From a virus: a stretch of 43,869 nt of DNA. The translations under genes were made by a program, and so were the position numbers. The notes beneath the pieces are model-generated. The model was not told the DNA's origin and searched no databases. It worked only from the letters and a program-made list of their open reading frames with translations. Position 1 is the first letter of the stretch; each line of letters opens with the position of its first letter. Location: positions 1-43,869 of the IMG/VR virus record IMGVR_UViG_3300045988_057526; one strand, given 5' to 3'. Shown piece after piece: positions 1 through 7,556 of this stretch.

Positions 1-79
1 CCACCTCGGTCGGCGTTGGAAGATTGACCTTCATGTGACAATCGTCCATCGCCAGCACATCGTTCAAGCACCCGTAGGG
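1..79. repeat. Terminal overlap: bases 1-79 are identical to 43791-43869. This is circular contig closure, giving a unique length of 43790 bp.
   Basis: Direct comparison of both window ends. The overlap lies inside one uninterrupted minus-strand ORF, so it is an assembly closure rather than a biological terminal repeat. Confidence 0.9.
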
Positions 80-265
80 AAGAACCAGTGTGTCGCCGTC
101 CCATTGGAACAGATACAACTTCTCAGGAGTATTGCCTGTCCAGAAACCCATACGTTTTTTCTTGATGTATTCGGGATTAGAAAGGATGAGCTGCTTCTTG
201 CACCATGTAAGCAACTGCTCAGACGGGTTTTCAATTCGGAGCTGGTTGCCAACAGTTACTTGCAT
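1..265 (-). CDS. SF2 helicase, N-terminal segment (same gene as 42667-43869, wrapping the junction)
   Basis: The minus-strand frame of the helicase stays open across the junction up to ATG 265-263, with an in-frame TGA at 283-281. It reads MQVTVGNQLRIENPSELLTWCKKQLILSNPEYIKKKRMGFWTGNTPEKLYLFQWDGDTLVLPYGC then LNDVLAMDD. The start overlaps the resolvase stop by 10 nt. Confidence 0.8.
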   Translation of the reverse strand, partial: MQVTVGNQLRIENPSEQLLTWCKKQLILSNPEYIKKKRMGFWTGNTPEKLYLFQWDGDTLVLPYGCLNDVLAMDDCHMKVNLPTPTEV

Positions 266-663
266 AGACTCACCCACGCATCAAGGGAAATACACATCAT
301 GCGAATATCCCTTTCGTTGAGTTGCTTAACGCCTTTCGCGGCCAAATTATTGAGTGTATAGAGCGAAATGAAGTATATATCTCCGTCTTTCAGCCTTAGC
401 GCAAACCAGCCGGTGCCGTTACCTGTAGCCTCCCACAGCGTCATTGCAGATCGCTGATTTTCTTCGATTCGACTCAGGCGGAAAATATCATTCTCACACA
501 CCTTGCAATCGATCGGGTGGGTTTCTCGATTACGAGAGGCAAGCACATCAAACGGCTGGCCTTGTGCGTTTTGAGCGAGATTATGCGCCCAGAAGCCCTT
601 ATTGGACAAATATTCGCACAACGATTTTTCAAAACCGTTGCCGACTTTACGGTTGACATTCAT
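256..663 (-). CDS. Holliday junction resolvase, PD-(D/E)XK fold (Hjc/RecU-like)
   Basis: GNGFEKSLCEYLSNKGFW...QPFDVLAS...PIDCKV matches the G-FE...D-(I/V)-A...E/D-x-K layout. AAAGGAG ribosome-binding site upstream of ATG 663. Confidence 0.65.
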   Translation of the reverse strand: MNVNRKVGNGFEKSLCEYLSNKGFWAHNLAQNAQGQPFDVLASRNRETHPIDCKVCENDIFRLSRIEENQRSAMTLWEATGNGTGWFALRLKDGDIYFISLYTLNNLAAKGVKQLNERDIRMMCISLDAWVSLCK

Positions 664-749
664 TTAAATCACTCCTTTACAAGTGAATATTTCCGATATA
701 TAATCGGATTGAGCATTTTCGCTTGCCGTTGATGGAACTGGTACTTCCG

Positions 750-938
750 TCAGCGGCTTTTTCTTTGCTTCGACTCCGAAAGACCGTACAGCTTACCGAA
801 CAAGCCAAAACACACAAGGCTAACCGCCATATGAATTGCGCCAACACCCAGCGTCATCATCTCTTTCTCGATAGAACCGACTACACCCAGAAGGTAGAAA
901 AACGAGAGAAACGCGAGTGCTCCAAAAACCTTTTTCAT
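750..938 (-). CDS. Small membrane protein (62 aa, two hydrophobic helices)
   Basis: MKKVFGALAFLSFFYLLGVVG...AVSLVCFGLFG. The ATG at 938 overlaps the upstream stop (ATGA). Confidence 0.5.
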   Translation of the reverse strand: MKKVFGALAFLSFFYLLGVVGSIEKEMMTLGVGAIHMAVSLVCFGLFGKLYGLSESKQRKSR

Positions 939-1102
939 GAAGTGACCTTCTTCCATATGTACTTCTTGCCGTATCGCTGTTCGTACCACTTTTCAAACTC
1001 GGCTCGGTGAGCTTCGTCCTTGAAATATTCTCGAACGCGCTGAGCGACCAGTAGGCTTAATGCGCTTGCCTGAGCCTGTTTTTCGGGGACGAAAACACTC
1101 AT
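935..1102 (-). CDS. Hypothetical protein (55 aa), below the ORF-track length cutoff
   Basis: Hand translation gives MSVFVPEKQAQASALSLLVAQRVREYFKDEAHRAEFEKWYEQRYGKKYIWKKVTS. There are ATGA overlaps with both neighbours, which suggests translational coupling. Confidence 0.5.
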   Translation of the reverse strand: MSVFVPEKQAQASALSLLVAQRVREYFKDEAHRAEFEKWYEQRYGKKYIWKKVTS

Positions 1103-1350
1103 GACACGATTTTCGCCTCGTACTCGTTCAAAATATCGAGCGAGCGACGCAGGATTTCATCTGCTTTCGGGCCAATACGAGTGCCGGACAGCGTTGCCGA
1201 CATTTCGAATTTGTCCGTAAGCAGCCCCTCGTCCGACAGGCGATGAATAAGCCACGCATAGGTGAGCGTAAAGTGAGAAATCTTATCCCTAATCTGTTCC
1301 GCGTAGGAAGAACGATCTCTCATAGACAACGGACGGGAAGTCTCTGCCAT
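1099..1350 (-). CDS. Cro-like early regulator (83 aa, putative helix-turn-helix)
   Basis: ATG 1350 lies 6 nt after GGAGG. It is the first gene downstream of the lytic promoter and divergent from the repressor. TLTYAWLIHRLSDEGLLTDKFEMSATLSG looks like a helix-turn-helix. The longer track ORF starts at a TTG that is actually the -35 box. Confidence 0.55.
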   Translation of the reverse strand: MAETSRPLSMRDRSSYAEQIRDKISHFTLTYAWLIHRLSDEGLLTDKFEMSATLSGTRIGPKADEILRRSLDILNEYEAKIVS

Positions 1351-1552
1351 CGTGCGACCTCCTTTCATTCGGATTGCAACTTTAGTTGTAAATAATCCTT
1401 GCAATCGGAGGTCGCCTATGCTACAATCAGTTTTGCGAACGACAATAGCATTGGCGATGCCCAGATTATGAAGGAGCCGATTTCCTTTTGCGAGAAGGAA
1501 GTTGACCCCTCGGATTACTGTTGCCTTTATTAACTTTCGTTGTTGTAAGTTG

Positions 1553-1581
1553 AGTATAATCCCGTGGACGGGATTTGTCAA
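1553..1581 (-). promoter_or_regulatory. Early lytic promoter: TTGACA, 17-nt spacer, TATACT
   Basis: Minus strand reads TTGACA (1581-1576), aatcccgtccacgggat (17 nt), TATACT (1558-1553). The spacer is filled by operator O1. Confidence 0.75.
1558..1575. promoter_or_regulatory. Operator O1, an 18-bp palindrome AATCCCGTGGACGGGATT
   Basis: Perfect 8+2+8 dyad located inside the promoter spacer. Confidence 0.7.
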
Positions 1582-1608
1582 TAGGGCGATAGTGATTTTC
1601 TGAAAAAA

Positions 1609-1624
1609 TTCCCGTTGACGGGAA
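1609..1624. promoter_or_regulatory. Operator O2, TTCCCGTTGACGGGAA
   Basis: 7+2+7 dyad with the same TCCCGTnnACGGGA core as O1. Centre-to-centre distance is 50 bp. It sits just upstream of the repressor ribosome-binding site. Confidence 0.65.
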
Positions 1625-1638
1625 CGGAGGAAAACACG

Positions 1639-2268
1639 ATGACTTTCTATGAACGGCTGACCGAACTACGCAGAGAAAAGGGATTAACTCAAAAACAGAT
1701 TGTTGATGAACTCGATCTCGGTAAAAATTCCTTTGGGGATTGGAAGAGAGGGATTATCCCTGTCCGTTCCACTCAGCAACTTCTTGCCAAATATTTCGGA
1801 GTATCGGTTGACTACCTTATGGGAAAAACTAATAACCCCATTCCTAATACGGAAACGGTAGGCACCTACATTCCGTATGAAAAACGGGGTTTGCGTCCAG
1901 TCATCGGTTTAGCTTCGGCAGGAACAGGGGTGATTGCAGAAGAAATGATTGTTGGTTGGGAAACAGTTGATGACGAATACGATAACGACACCTGCTTTTG
2001 GCTCGAAGTATCTGGTAACAGCATGGCTCCAAAAATCGACAACGGAGATCGAGTGCTTATTCAGCGGGACGCCGAAATCGAGAGCGGCTGTATTGCCGTG
2101 GTCGTGGTAGACGGTACAGACGGGTTTTTGAAACAAGTCGAGTTCGGTGAGAACTCCACCTCGCTTCACTCGTTCAATCCGTATTATCCCGACATGGAGT
2201 TTGTAGATGCCGACCAGAAACGTTTGCACTTTGTCGGTCGCGTCCGGGAAATGAAGCGGAGGTTCTGA
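1639..2268 (+). CDS. LexA/CI-like repressor: XRE helix-turn-helix plus S24 self-cleaving peptidase domain
   Basis: GGAGG lies 8 nt upstream of ATG 1639. N-terminus LRREKGLTQKQIVDELDLGKNSFGDWKRG. C-terminus GNSMAP (Ser) and FLKQV (Lys). A candidate Ala-Gly cleavage site is in GLASAGTG. Confidence 0.85.
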   Translation: MTFYERLTELRREKGLTQKQIVDELDLGKNSFGDWKRGIIPVRSTQQLLAKYFGVSVDYLMGKTNNPIPNTETVGTYIPYEKRGLRPVIGLASAGTGVIAEEMIVGWETVDDEYDNDTCFWLEVSGNSMAPKIDNGDRVLIQRDAEIESGCIAVVVVDGTDGFLKQVEFGENSTSLHSFNPYYPDMEFVDADQKRLHFVGRVREMKRRF

Positions 2269-2269
2269 T

Positions 2270-3934
2270 ATGCGCCAGAAGTTTAAGATCGACCTCTCTA
2301 TGCTGACCCCGGAGGAACAGCAGCAGTTTCATGATGACCCTACCACCCTGACCAAAGGTGAAGTTGATGTTGCTTTGTACCTTCGGTTCAGTTCGGAACG
2401 GCAGAAGGAACAGTCCATTGAAGGTCAGCTTCGAGACTGTATTGCGTACTGTAAGCGCAAGAGCTTCCGCATTGTCGCCATTTATGTTGACCGTGCTACT
2501 ACTGCTCGGAAAGATGTAGAGAAGCGAGTCCATTTTCAGGAGATGATTTCCGACAGCGCTCATCATCTCTGGAACTTCGTGGTCGTGTGGAAGCTCGACC
2601 GCTTTGCTAGAAATAGAGAAGACAGCGCCGTGTTCAAAATGCGGCTACGGAAGAATGGAGTTCGGGTCAAATCCGCAACCGAAACAATCTCTGATAACCC
2701 CGAAGGTATCATCTTGGAGTCTGTACTTGAAGGTATTGCCGAATACTATTCCGCCGACCTTAGCCAGAAGATTACCCGTGGTCTAAGAGAGTCAGCCATG
2801 AAGGGTCATTCCGTTGGTGGTCATGTCCCCTTGGGGTACAAAATCGAAGATCATAGACTTGTAATAAATCCGGCAACCGCCCATATCGTCCAAGAAGCAT
2901 TTCAACTCTACGCCAACGGCGAGAGTGTGGCTGAGATTTGCCGTATCTTCAACAGCAAGGGCTACCGTACCGCCAAGAACTCGGAGTTTACCCGAAGCAG
3001 TTTTAAATCCATATTTAAGAATGTGCGGTATATCGGGACATACATCTACAAAGACATAGAGAAAGAAAACGCCATTCCAGCAATTATCGACAAAGACCTC
3101 TTTGAAACGGTGCAACGGCGGCTTTCTTTGGCCGCTGACGCGCCTGCAAGGGGTAAAGCTAAGGTAGATTATCTCCTGTCCGGAAAGCTGTTCTGCGGGC
3201 ATTGTGGAGCCGTTATGCACGGGGAAAGCGGTACGAGTAAAACCGGAGCTATCCACAACTACTATACCTGTTATTCCCGGAAGCGGCGAAAGGGCTGTAA
3301 TAAGAAACCATTGAAAAAGGACTTTATTGAACGTGTTGTAGCCCAAGACGCCATGGCGCTGCTCACCGATGATGTAATTGAAGAACTGGCTGATATGGCT
3401 ATGTCACAGGCGGATAGGGACTTGAAAGAGAACACCCGTATCCCGGAATTGTCTGTTAGACTCACCGAGATCGAACAAGGTATTAACAACATTACTAAGG
3501 TCATTGAGAAAGGAATCGCGTCTGACACTCTCTTGAACCGCCTGACCGAGTTGGAGAAAGAAAAGAAAGACCTGACTTCTCAACTTCGGGAAGAAGAAAA
3601 ATACATCTACCGAATTGATAGAGATCAGGTGGTATTCTGGCTGACGAAGTTCCAAGGAGGCGATATAGAGGACGAGGATTGCAGGCGGCGTATCATCGAC
3701 CTTCTGGTAAATTCCGTGACGGTATGGGATGAACCTGACGGATATAAAATCACCACTGCATACAACCTCACTTCCTGCAAAACCAAGACTTTCCGGGTCA
3801 GCAACAACGCTGACTCTCCTTCTGGCGAGGGGTTCGGATTTGGGGAGCTATCGTCCACCATTGGACGCATATCCGAACCCTACATTGTGTGGGGTACGGT
3901 CTTTGTCCAAACCAGAAGACACTCCTTGTCTTAA
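2270..3934 (+). CDS. int: Large serine recombinase (integrase)
   Basis: VALYLRFSSERQ catalytic Ser region, recombinase domain, zinc ribbon (CGHCG...CYSRKRRKGC) and a coiled-coil stretch. 554 aa. ATG lies 1 nt after the repressor stop. Confidence 0.85.
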   Translation: MRQKFKIDLSMLTPEEQQQFHDDPTTLTKGEVDVALYLRFSSERQKEQSIEGQLRDCIAYCKRKSFRIVAIYVDRATTARKDVEKRVHFQEMISDSAHHLWNFVVVWKLDRFARNREDSAVFKMRLRKNGVRVKSATETISDNPEGIILESVLEGIAEYYSADLSQKITRGLRESAMKGHSVGGHVPLGYKIEDHRLVINPATAHIVQEAFQLYANGESVAEICRIFNSKGYRTAKNSEFTRSSFKSIFKNVRYIGTYIYKDIEKENAIPAIIDKDLFETVQRRLSLAADAPARGKAKVDYLLSGKLFCGHCGAVMHGESGTSKTGAIHNYYTCYSRKRRKGCNKKPLKKDFIERVVAQDAMALLTDDVIEELADMAMSQADRDLKENTRIPELSVRLTEIEQGINNITKVIEKGIASDTLLNRLTELEKEKKDLTSQLREEEKYIYRIDRDQVVFWLTKFQGGDIEDEDCRRRIIDLLVNSVTVWDEPDGYKITTAYNLTSCKTKTFRVSNNADSPSGEGFGFGELSSTIGRISEPYIVWGTVFVQTRRHSLS

Positions 3935-3955
3935 AACAGGGGGTGTCTTTTTTGT
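3917..3955 (+). terminator. Rho-independent terminator of the lysogeny operon
   Basis: AGACACTCC...GGGGTGTCT stem (one G-U pair) followed by TTTTTTG. The int stop codon lies in the loop. Confidence 0.7.
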
Positions 3956-3958
3956 TTA

Positions 3959-4065
3959 GGTGATAAAGGTGAGTAATCGAGCGTTTTTCCTATAAACTCT
4001 CTCTTATACGCGCGTACTAAGAAGAAGTTATAGGGATTTTGACCCGATTACTCACCTTTATCACC
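3959..4065. repeat. Nested palindrome A (107 bp). The inner 46 bp is the attP candidate.
   Basis: Perfect 21-bp arms GGTGATAAAGGTGAGTAATCG / CGATTACTCACCTTTATCACC. Inner imperfect dyad at 3989-4034 (16 of 23 per half) is centred on TACGCGCGTA (4007-4016). It lies between convergent terminators next to int. Confidence 0.6.
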
Positions 4066-4080
4066 TTATACACTTAAATG

Positions 4081-4112
4081 TAAAAATCCCCGGAAGCTGA
4101 AACCTCCGGGGA
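4081..4112 (-). terminator. Rho-independent terminator ending the late operon
   Basis: TCCCCGGA / TCCGGGGA 8-bp stem followed on the minus strand by TTTTT. Confidence 0.7.
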
Positions 4113-4128
4113 TGCTGTTATATGAATA

Positions 4129-4392
4129 TCACTTATCCGTCAGTTGCTTGATCGACTGATTAAGTCCCGTTGCCGCCCAGCCGGAAACGATACCGACAGC
4201 CGCAGCGTCCAGCCAGTTATCGGCTGGGTAACTGGGCACACCCATCACCCATGCAATTACACCGAGCGCCAGCCCGATCACGCCGCAGATAATAGGAATC
4301 CACTTGTCTGCCACATTGGTGGCCTTAACTGCCATGCCTACCAGATACGCGATGGCGGTGATCGCCGCCACAGATGCAATACCAAAATCCAT
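4129..4392 (-). CDS. Holin (87 aa, multiple transmembrane segments)
   Basis: MDFGIASVAAITAIAYLVGMAV...IPIICGVIGLALGVIAWVMG...AAAVGIVSGWAATG. It is the last gene of the lysis cassette. GAAAGGGG ribosome-binding site. Confidence 0.65.
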   Translation of the reverse strand: MDFGIASVAAITAIAYLVGMAVKATNVADKWIPIICGVIGLALGVIAWVMGVPSYPADNWLDAAAVGIVSGWAATGLNQSIKQLTDK

Positions 4393-4405
4393 ATGTATAC
4401 CCCTT

Positions 4406-4721
4406 TCAGTTTTCTGTCGGTAGCTGCAAAAACTTGCTGTGAATATCATCCATCACGCCGTTGACTCCCAGCGCATGATACTGTTTCCAGCAATTCTCGA
4501 AATTTTGTCGGGCATAGATCGGGGCGTAACCCCGATCTATGCCATTTGTTGTAATCTGCGATCATCTGCGCCCGCAGCAAAGCCTGTACGCCCAATTTGG
4601 TCGCCGCAGTGTCCGCGCGGTCATGCTTGATCTGCGTCGCCAGATGCCGGATCATGGCCAGCATCGCCGCGATCAGCAGCGACGGCACACCCAGCAGGCA
4701 TAGCCACTGATATGTAGTCAT
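4406..4721 (-). pseudogene. Lysis-cassette membrane protein interrupted by a +1 frameshift at a G4 run (alternatively recoded, or a homopolymer error)
   Basis: Frame 0 runs from 4721 (MTTYQWLCLLGVPSLLIAAMLAMI...ADYNKWHRSG) to a stop at 4446. The +1 frame from 4531 reads GYAPIYARQNFENCWKQYHALGVNGVMDDIHSKFLQLPTEN and stops at 4406, 13 nt before the holin ATG. Confidence 0.55.
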
Positions 4722-5653
4722 CTGGCAGTGTCCTCCATCATTCGCTGGCACACGGCCAGTGTCCGCAGCATATCCATGGACAAGTTCAGCTTGCCGTCGC
4801 CCACGCCCACAAGCACACCGTCATCGACAAGCTTTTGCACCGTGTCCTGTGCCCATGCCGGCACATCAGTCACCTTGCCATCCACGATGCGCCCATAGCG
4901 CGTATCACGCATATGCCACATGATGTACAGCATCCGCAGCATATCATCGCTCAGGTCGAGTCTGCCGCCGCCCGTACCGGCGATCAGACCTTCGTCCATC
5001 ATCTCTTTGATCGTGCTGCGTGCCCACGTGGGCACTTCTTCGATTGTCCCGTATCTTGTCATATCTTCTTCCTCCTTTTCTGTACCGTGCATTGCTTTAT
5101 ATACATCCTGCCTGAACCCGTGCATCGTCAGGCCGAATGGCTTCCACAAGTGCTCCGGGTCGGCGTGTGCGCTTGCTACACCACGCATACGTCCCTCGGA
5201 ATGGCTGATAATGACGCCGTCAGCCAAGGGGTCAAGGTCAAACTGGGTACAAAGCTGTGCGAACAACTCAACAGCCGCCGCGTATGTGCCCCTAATATGA
5301 GTTTCTGTTGCCTCTGTATCAAGATCGCGCCACTCAGCGCCATAACCGGTGTAGGCGATAGATGCAGGCTCCGTCATCTCGATGCCGATGTGCGTGCCGT
5401 TTGCGCTGCCGCCGCAGTGCCATGCCTGTACAGTCCACGGCAGTGTTTGATATACTTTGCCATCCCGCTGCACAAAAGCATGGACGCATACACTCTGCCC
5501 GTTTGGGCGATATTGATTAAAATTCTGCGCCATCACCGACGCATTGGGCTGCGGGCAGCCAATGCTGTGCAGCATGATGCCGCGCGGGTACAACGGTGTT
5601 GCTGCTTGATAGCACTTATTTTTAGTTGCAAATGATTCGATAATGTTGGTCAT
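4718..5653 (-). CDS. Endolysin: N-acetylmuramoyl-L-alanine amidase (Amidase_2/PGRP-like) with two C-terminal repeats of about 45 aa
   Basis: MLHSIGCPQP...VHAFV...AWHCGGSANGTHIGIEMTEP. Tandem repeats are TWARSTIKEMMDEGLIAGTGGGRLDLSDDMLRML and PAWAQDTVQKLVDDGVLVGVGDGKLNLSMDMLRTL. Confidence 0.8.
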   Translation of the reverse strand: MTNIIESFATKNKCYQAATPLYPRGIMLHSIGCPQPNASVMAQNFNQYRPNGQSVCVHAFVQRDGKVYQTLPWTVQAWHCGGSANGTHIGIEMTEPASIAYTGYGAEWRDLDTEATETHIRGTYAAAVELFAQLCTQFDLDPLADGVIISHSEGRMRGVASAHADPEHLWKPFGLTMHGFRQDVYKAMHGTEKEEEDMTRYGTIEEVPTWARSTIKEMMDEGLIAGTGGGRLDLSDDMLRMLYIMWHMRDTRYGRIVDGKVTDVPAWAQDTVQKLVDDGVLVGVGDGKLNLSMDMLRTLAVCQRMMEDTAR

Positions 5654-5668
5654 ATAGTCACCCCTGTA

Positions 5669-7555
5669 TTACGCCTTTGGCGATATTAGGCATCCACCGA
5701 TGTACTCGCCGAACACCTGCCGCCCATATTCGTTAAGATGTGTGCCGTCTGCCAAAAATGCGGAAGCGTTTGCGGTGTTTATGCCAAGTGCCTTGTAGCC
5801 GTCGATGCAGGGACAGTTGAACTCATCGGCCACACCTGCAAGCGCCGTGCCGAACTCACGCAGCGTCTTACCGTTGCCGTTCGTGTAGCTCTCTGCGCCG
5901 ACGCTGTCCCACTTGCGATAGATTGGCAAGGAAATAAAGACGCGAATTTTTGGATAGGCAGTCTGAATCTTGCGCAGCGCGTATCGCAGCGCCCCGCACA
6001 ACGTTGATGTATCATCGTCATCGGTAGCGTTGTCGATAGCGACATTGCCGGTGAAGTCGTTCGTACCGTAGTGGATGACCACCGTGTCAACACTGCCAAA
6101 GTCAATTCCTTTCAGCACCGCAAGCTGCTGTGCAAAATAATCTGCGCCGCTGGATGCCTGCGCATCCTGTGTGGTGTAAGTGCCCGTGGCCACAGCATCG
6201 GCCAGTGCCCACATAGAAAACGCAGCGTAGCCGCTCGTTGGGTGCACCGCCATCCGGCAGCCACCAAAGCCCACATTGCAAACCTTTGCACCCGTGAATG
6301 CCGCCGCCCATGCGGGGACGGAGGTTGTGTCTCTCGTCATGCCAAATATGCTGTCGCCAAAGCACACAACCGTCTTGCCCGACAGTAGGGGCGATGCTAT
6401 GTCAAAATCGACATTCGCCTTTTTGACCTTCACGCTCGGTTTGAGCACATTCTGCGTAGTCACGGTGTCGGTTATCTCCTCGTTCACAGTGACTATGGCA
6501 TCAGCCGAGTGGGTCGTGACACGAAGCCACGCAAAGTTGTCCCAAAAGTAATAACCGATGCCCGAGGTGTCCCATGTGACGACATTGCCGCTTACAGTCA
6601 CCGTGCCATACAGCGCGCTGCTTTGGATGGCATTAATGGTCTTGCCGCAATTTGCCGTACCGGCTTTGGCTGCCGTCAGTGCCATGACAAGCGTCGTGTC
6701 GATGTTCACCCGTGATGTGTCCTTGATGCGGATGATATCGCCCTTTTTCACGGGAATATACCCAGATGTCACCACGCCGGTGCCGGACAGTTCTTCGCCC
6801 GCGCTGTTCAGATACACGCCGGATTTGTATCCCGTCCCGTTGTAGACCGCCCCATTGGCATCTGCGGAAACCGGAATTTGATTGGTATATGCCGGCGCAG
6901 TAATGGTTTCCGCTACCACGATTTCCGGAAAGTCTACTTCCTGCGCGCTGCTGCCGTCATAAGTAGTGGTAGCGCCGCCCACTTTAAGCGTCAGCGCCTT
7001 CGGGTTCGGCAGGGTTTCCGGCACAGTGGGGATTTGCACAAGGATTCTCTGTGCCGCAACTTGGAATGCGCCGTACTGCACCAAGTCCGTGGTATGGCCC
7101 GGATTATTAAGATTCTCTGCTGTCACCAGCCCCGTGATGCTGTCGATTACCGCCTTGTTCGCGTGCGTGTGCCGCGCGGTGGTGTTGGCGTTGATCTCCG
7201 CAGTCGGGACTACCGGGATATCACCCGGCGCGGCAGGCTTGTACCCAAGCGCACCTGTGATGCTTGCCGCAGTCACGGTCGCGTCACTGCCGTCCTTGCC
7301 GGGAGCGCCGTCCGCTCCCTTGAGGTCTGCCACCGCGATCAAGTTTTCCCACGTGCTGCCGTCCGTGCTGTACTGGATGTAGCCGTCCGCCACGCGCAGG
7401 AATTTGCCGGCTGGCATATCCACCGGCTCCCATGCGGTCGGCACTCCGAGTGCATCCACGGCTGTGATCTTGGCGATCTGGCCGACCGTCGCTCCAGTGA
7501 TGCTTAGAGACTTTGGCTCATTTTTGTCACTGTAATGTTTCGTCCCAATTCCCAT
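5669..7555 (-). CDS. Tail fibre or receptor-binding protein with a C-terminal SGNH/GDSL esterase domain
   Basis: ATG 7555 follows GGAGGTG. Short collagen-like GADGAPGKDGSD. C-terminal blocks VVCFGDSIFG, GGCRM, GTNDF and DGTHLNEYG are typical of SGNH hydrolases. Confidence 0.7.
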   Translation of the reverse strand: MGIGTKHYSDKNEPKSLSITGATVGQIAKITAVDALGVPTAWEPVDMPAGKFLRVADGYIQYSTDGSTWENLIAVADLKGADGAPGKDGSDATVTAASITGALGYKPAAPGDIPVVPTAEINANTTARHTHANKAVIDSITGLVTAENLNNPGHTTDLVQYGAFQVAAQRILVQIPTVPETLPNPKALTLKVGGATTTYDGSSAQEVDFPEIVVAETITAPAYTNQIPVSADANGAVYNGTGYKSGVYLNSAGEELSGTGVVTSGYIPVKKGDIIRIKDTSRVNIDTTLVMALTAAKAGTANCGKTINAIQSSALYGTVTVSGNVVTWDTSGIGYYFWDNFAWLRVTTHSADAIVTVNEEITDTVTTQNVLKPSVKVKKANVDFDIASPLLSGKTVVCFGDSIFGMTRDTTSVPAWAAAFTGAKVCNVGFGGCRMAVHPTSGYAAFSMWALADAVATGTYTTQDAQASSGADYFAQQLAVLKGIDFGSVDTVVIHYGTNDFTGNVAIDNATDDDDTSTLCGALRYALRKIQTAYPKIRVFISLPIYRKWDSVGAESYTNGNGKTLREFGTALAGVADEFNCPCIDGYKALGINTANASAFLADGTHLNEYGRQVFGEYIGGCLISPKA

Positions 7556-7556
7556 A

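Noticed and set aside
1-79. The 79-bp direct terminal repeat as a genuine phage DTR or cos region.
   Set aside because: It lies inside the helicase coding frame and has the look of an assembler k-mer overlap.
1351-1581. The 160-aa version of the Cro-like ORF starting at 1581.
   Set aside because: Its TTG start is the -35 hexamer of the promoter. The upstream 77 codons lack a ribosome-binding site, whereas ATG 1350 has GGAGG at ideal spacing.
4007-4016. The TACGCGCGTA centre (TATACGCGCGTATAA in element B, 28027-28041) matches, from memory, the core of the N15/KO2/PY54 protelomerase target telRL. This raised the idea of hairpin-telomere resolution.
   Set aside because: No protelomerase or other tyrosine-recombinase-like gene is present, and all large ORFs are otherwise assigned. 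The genome carries an integrase and closes as a circle. The match is short and is an alternating palindrome that could arise by convergence. I kept it only as a note inside the palindrome findings.
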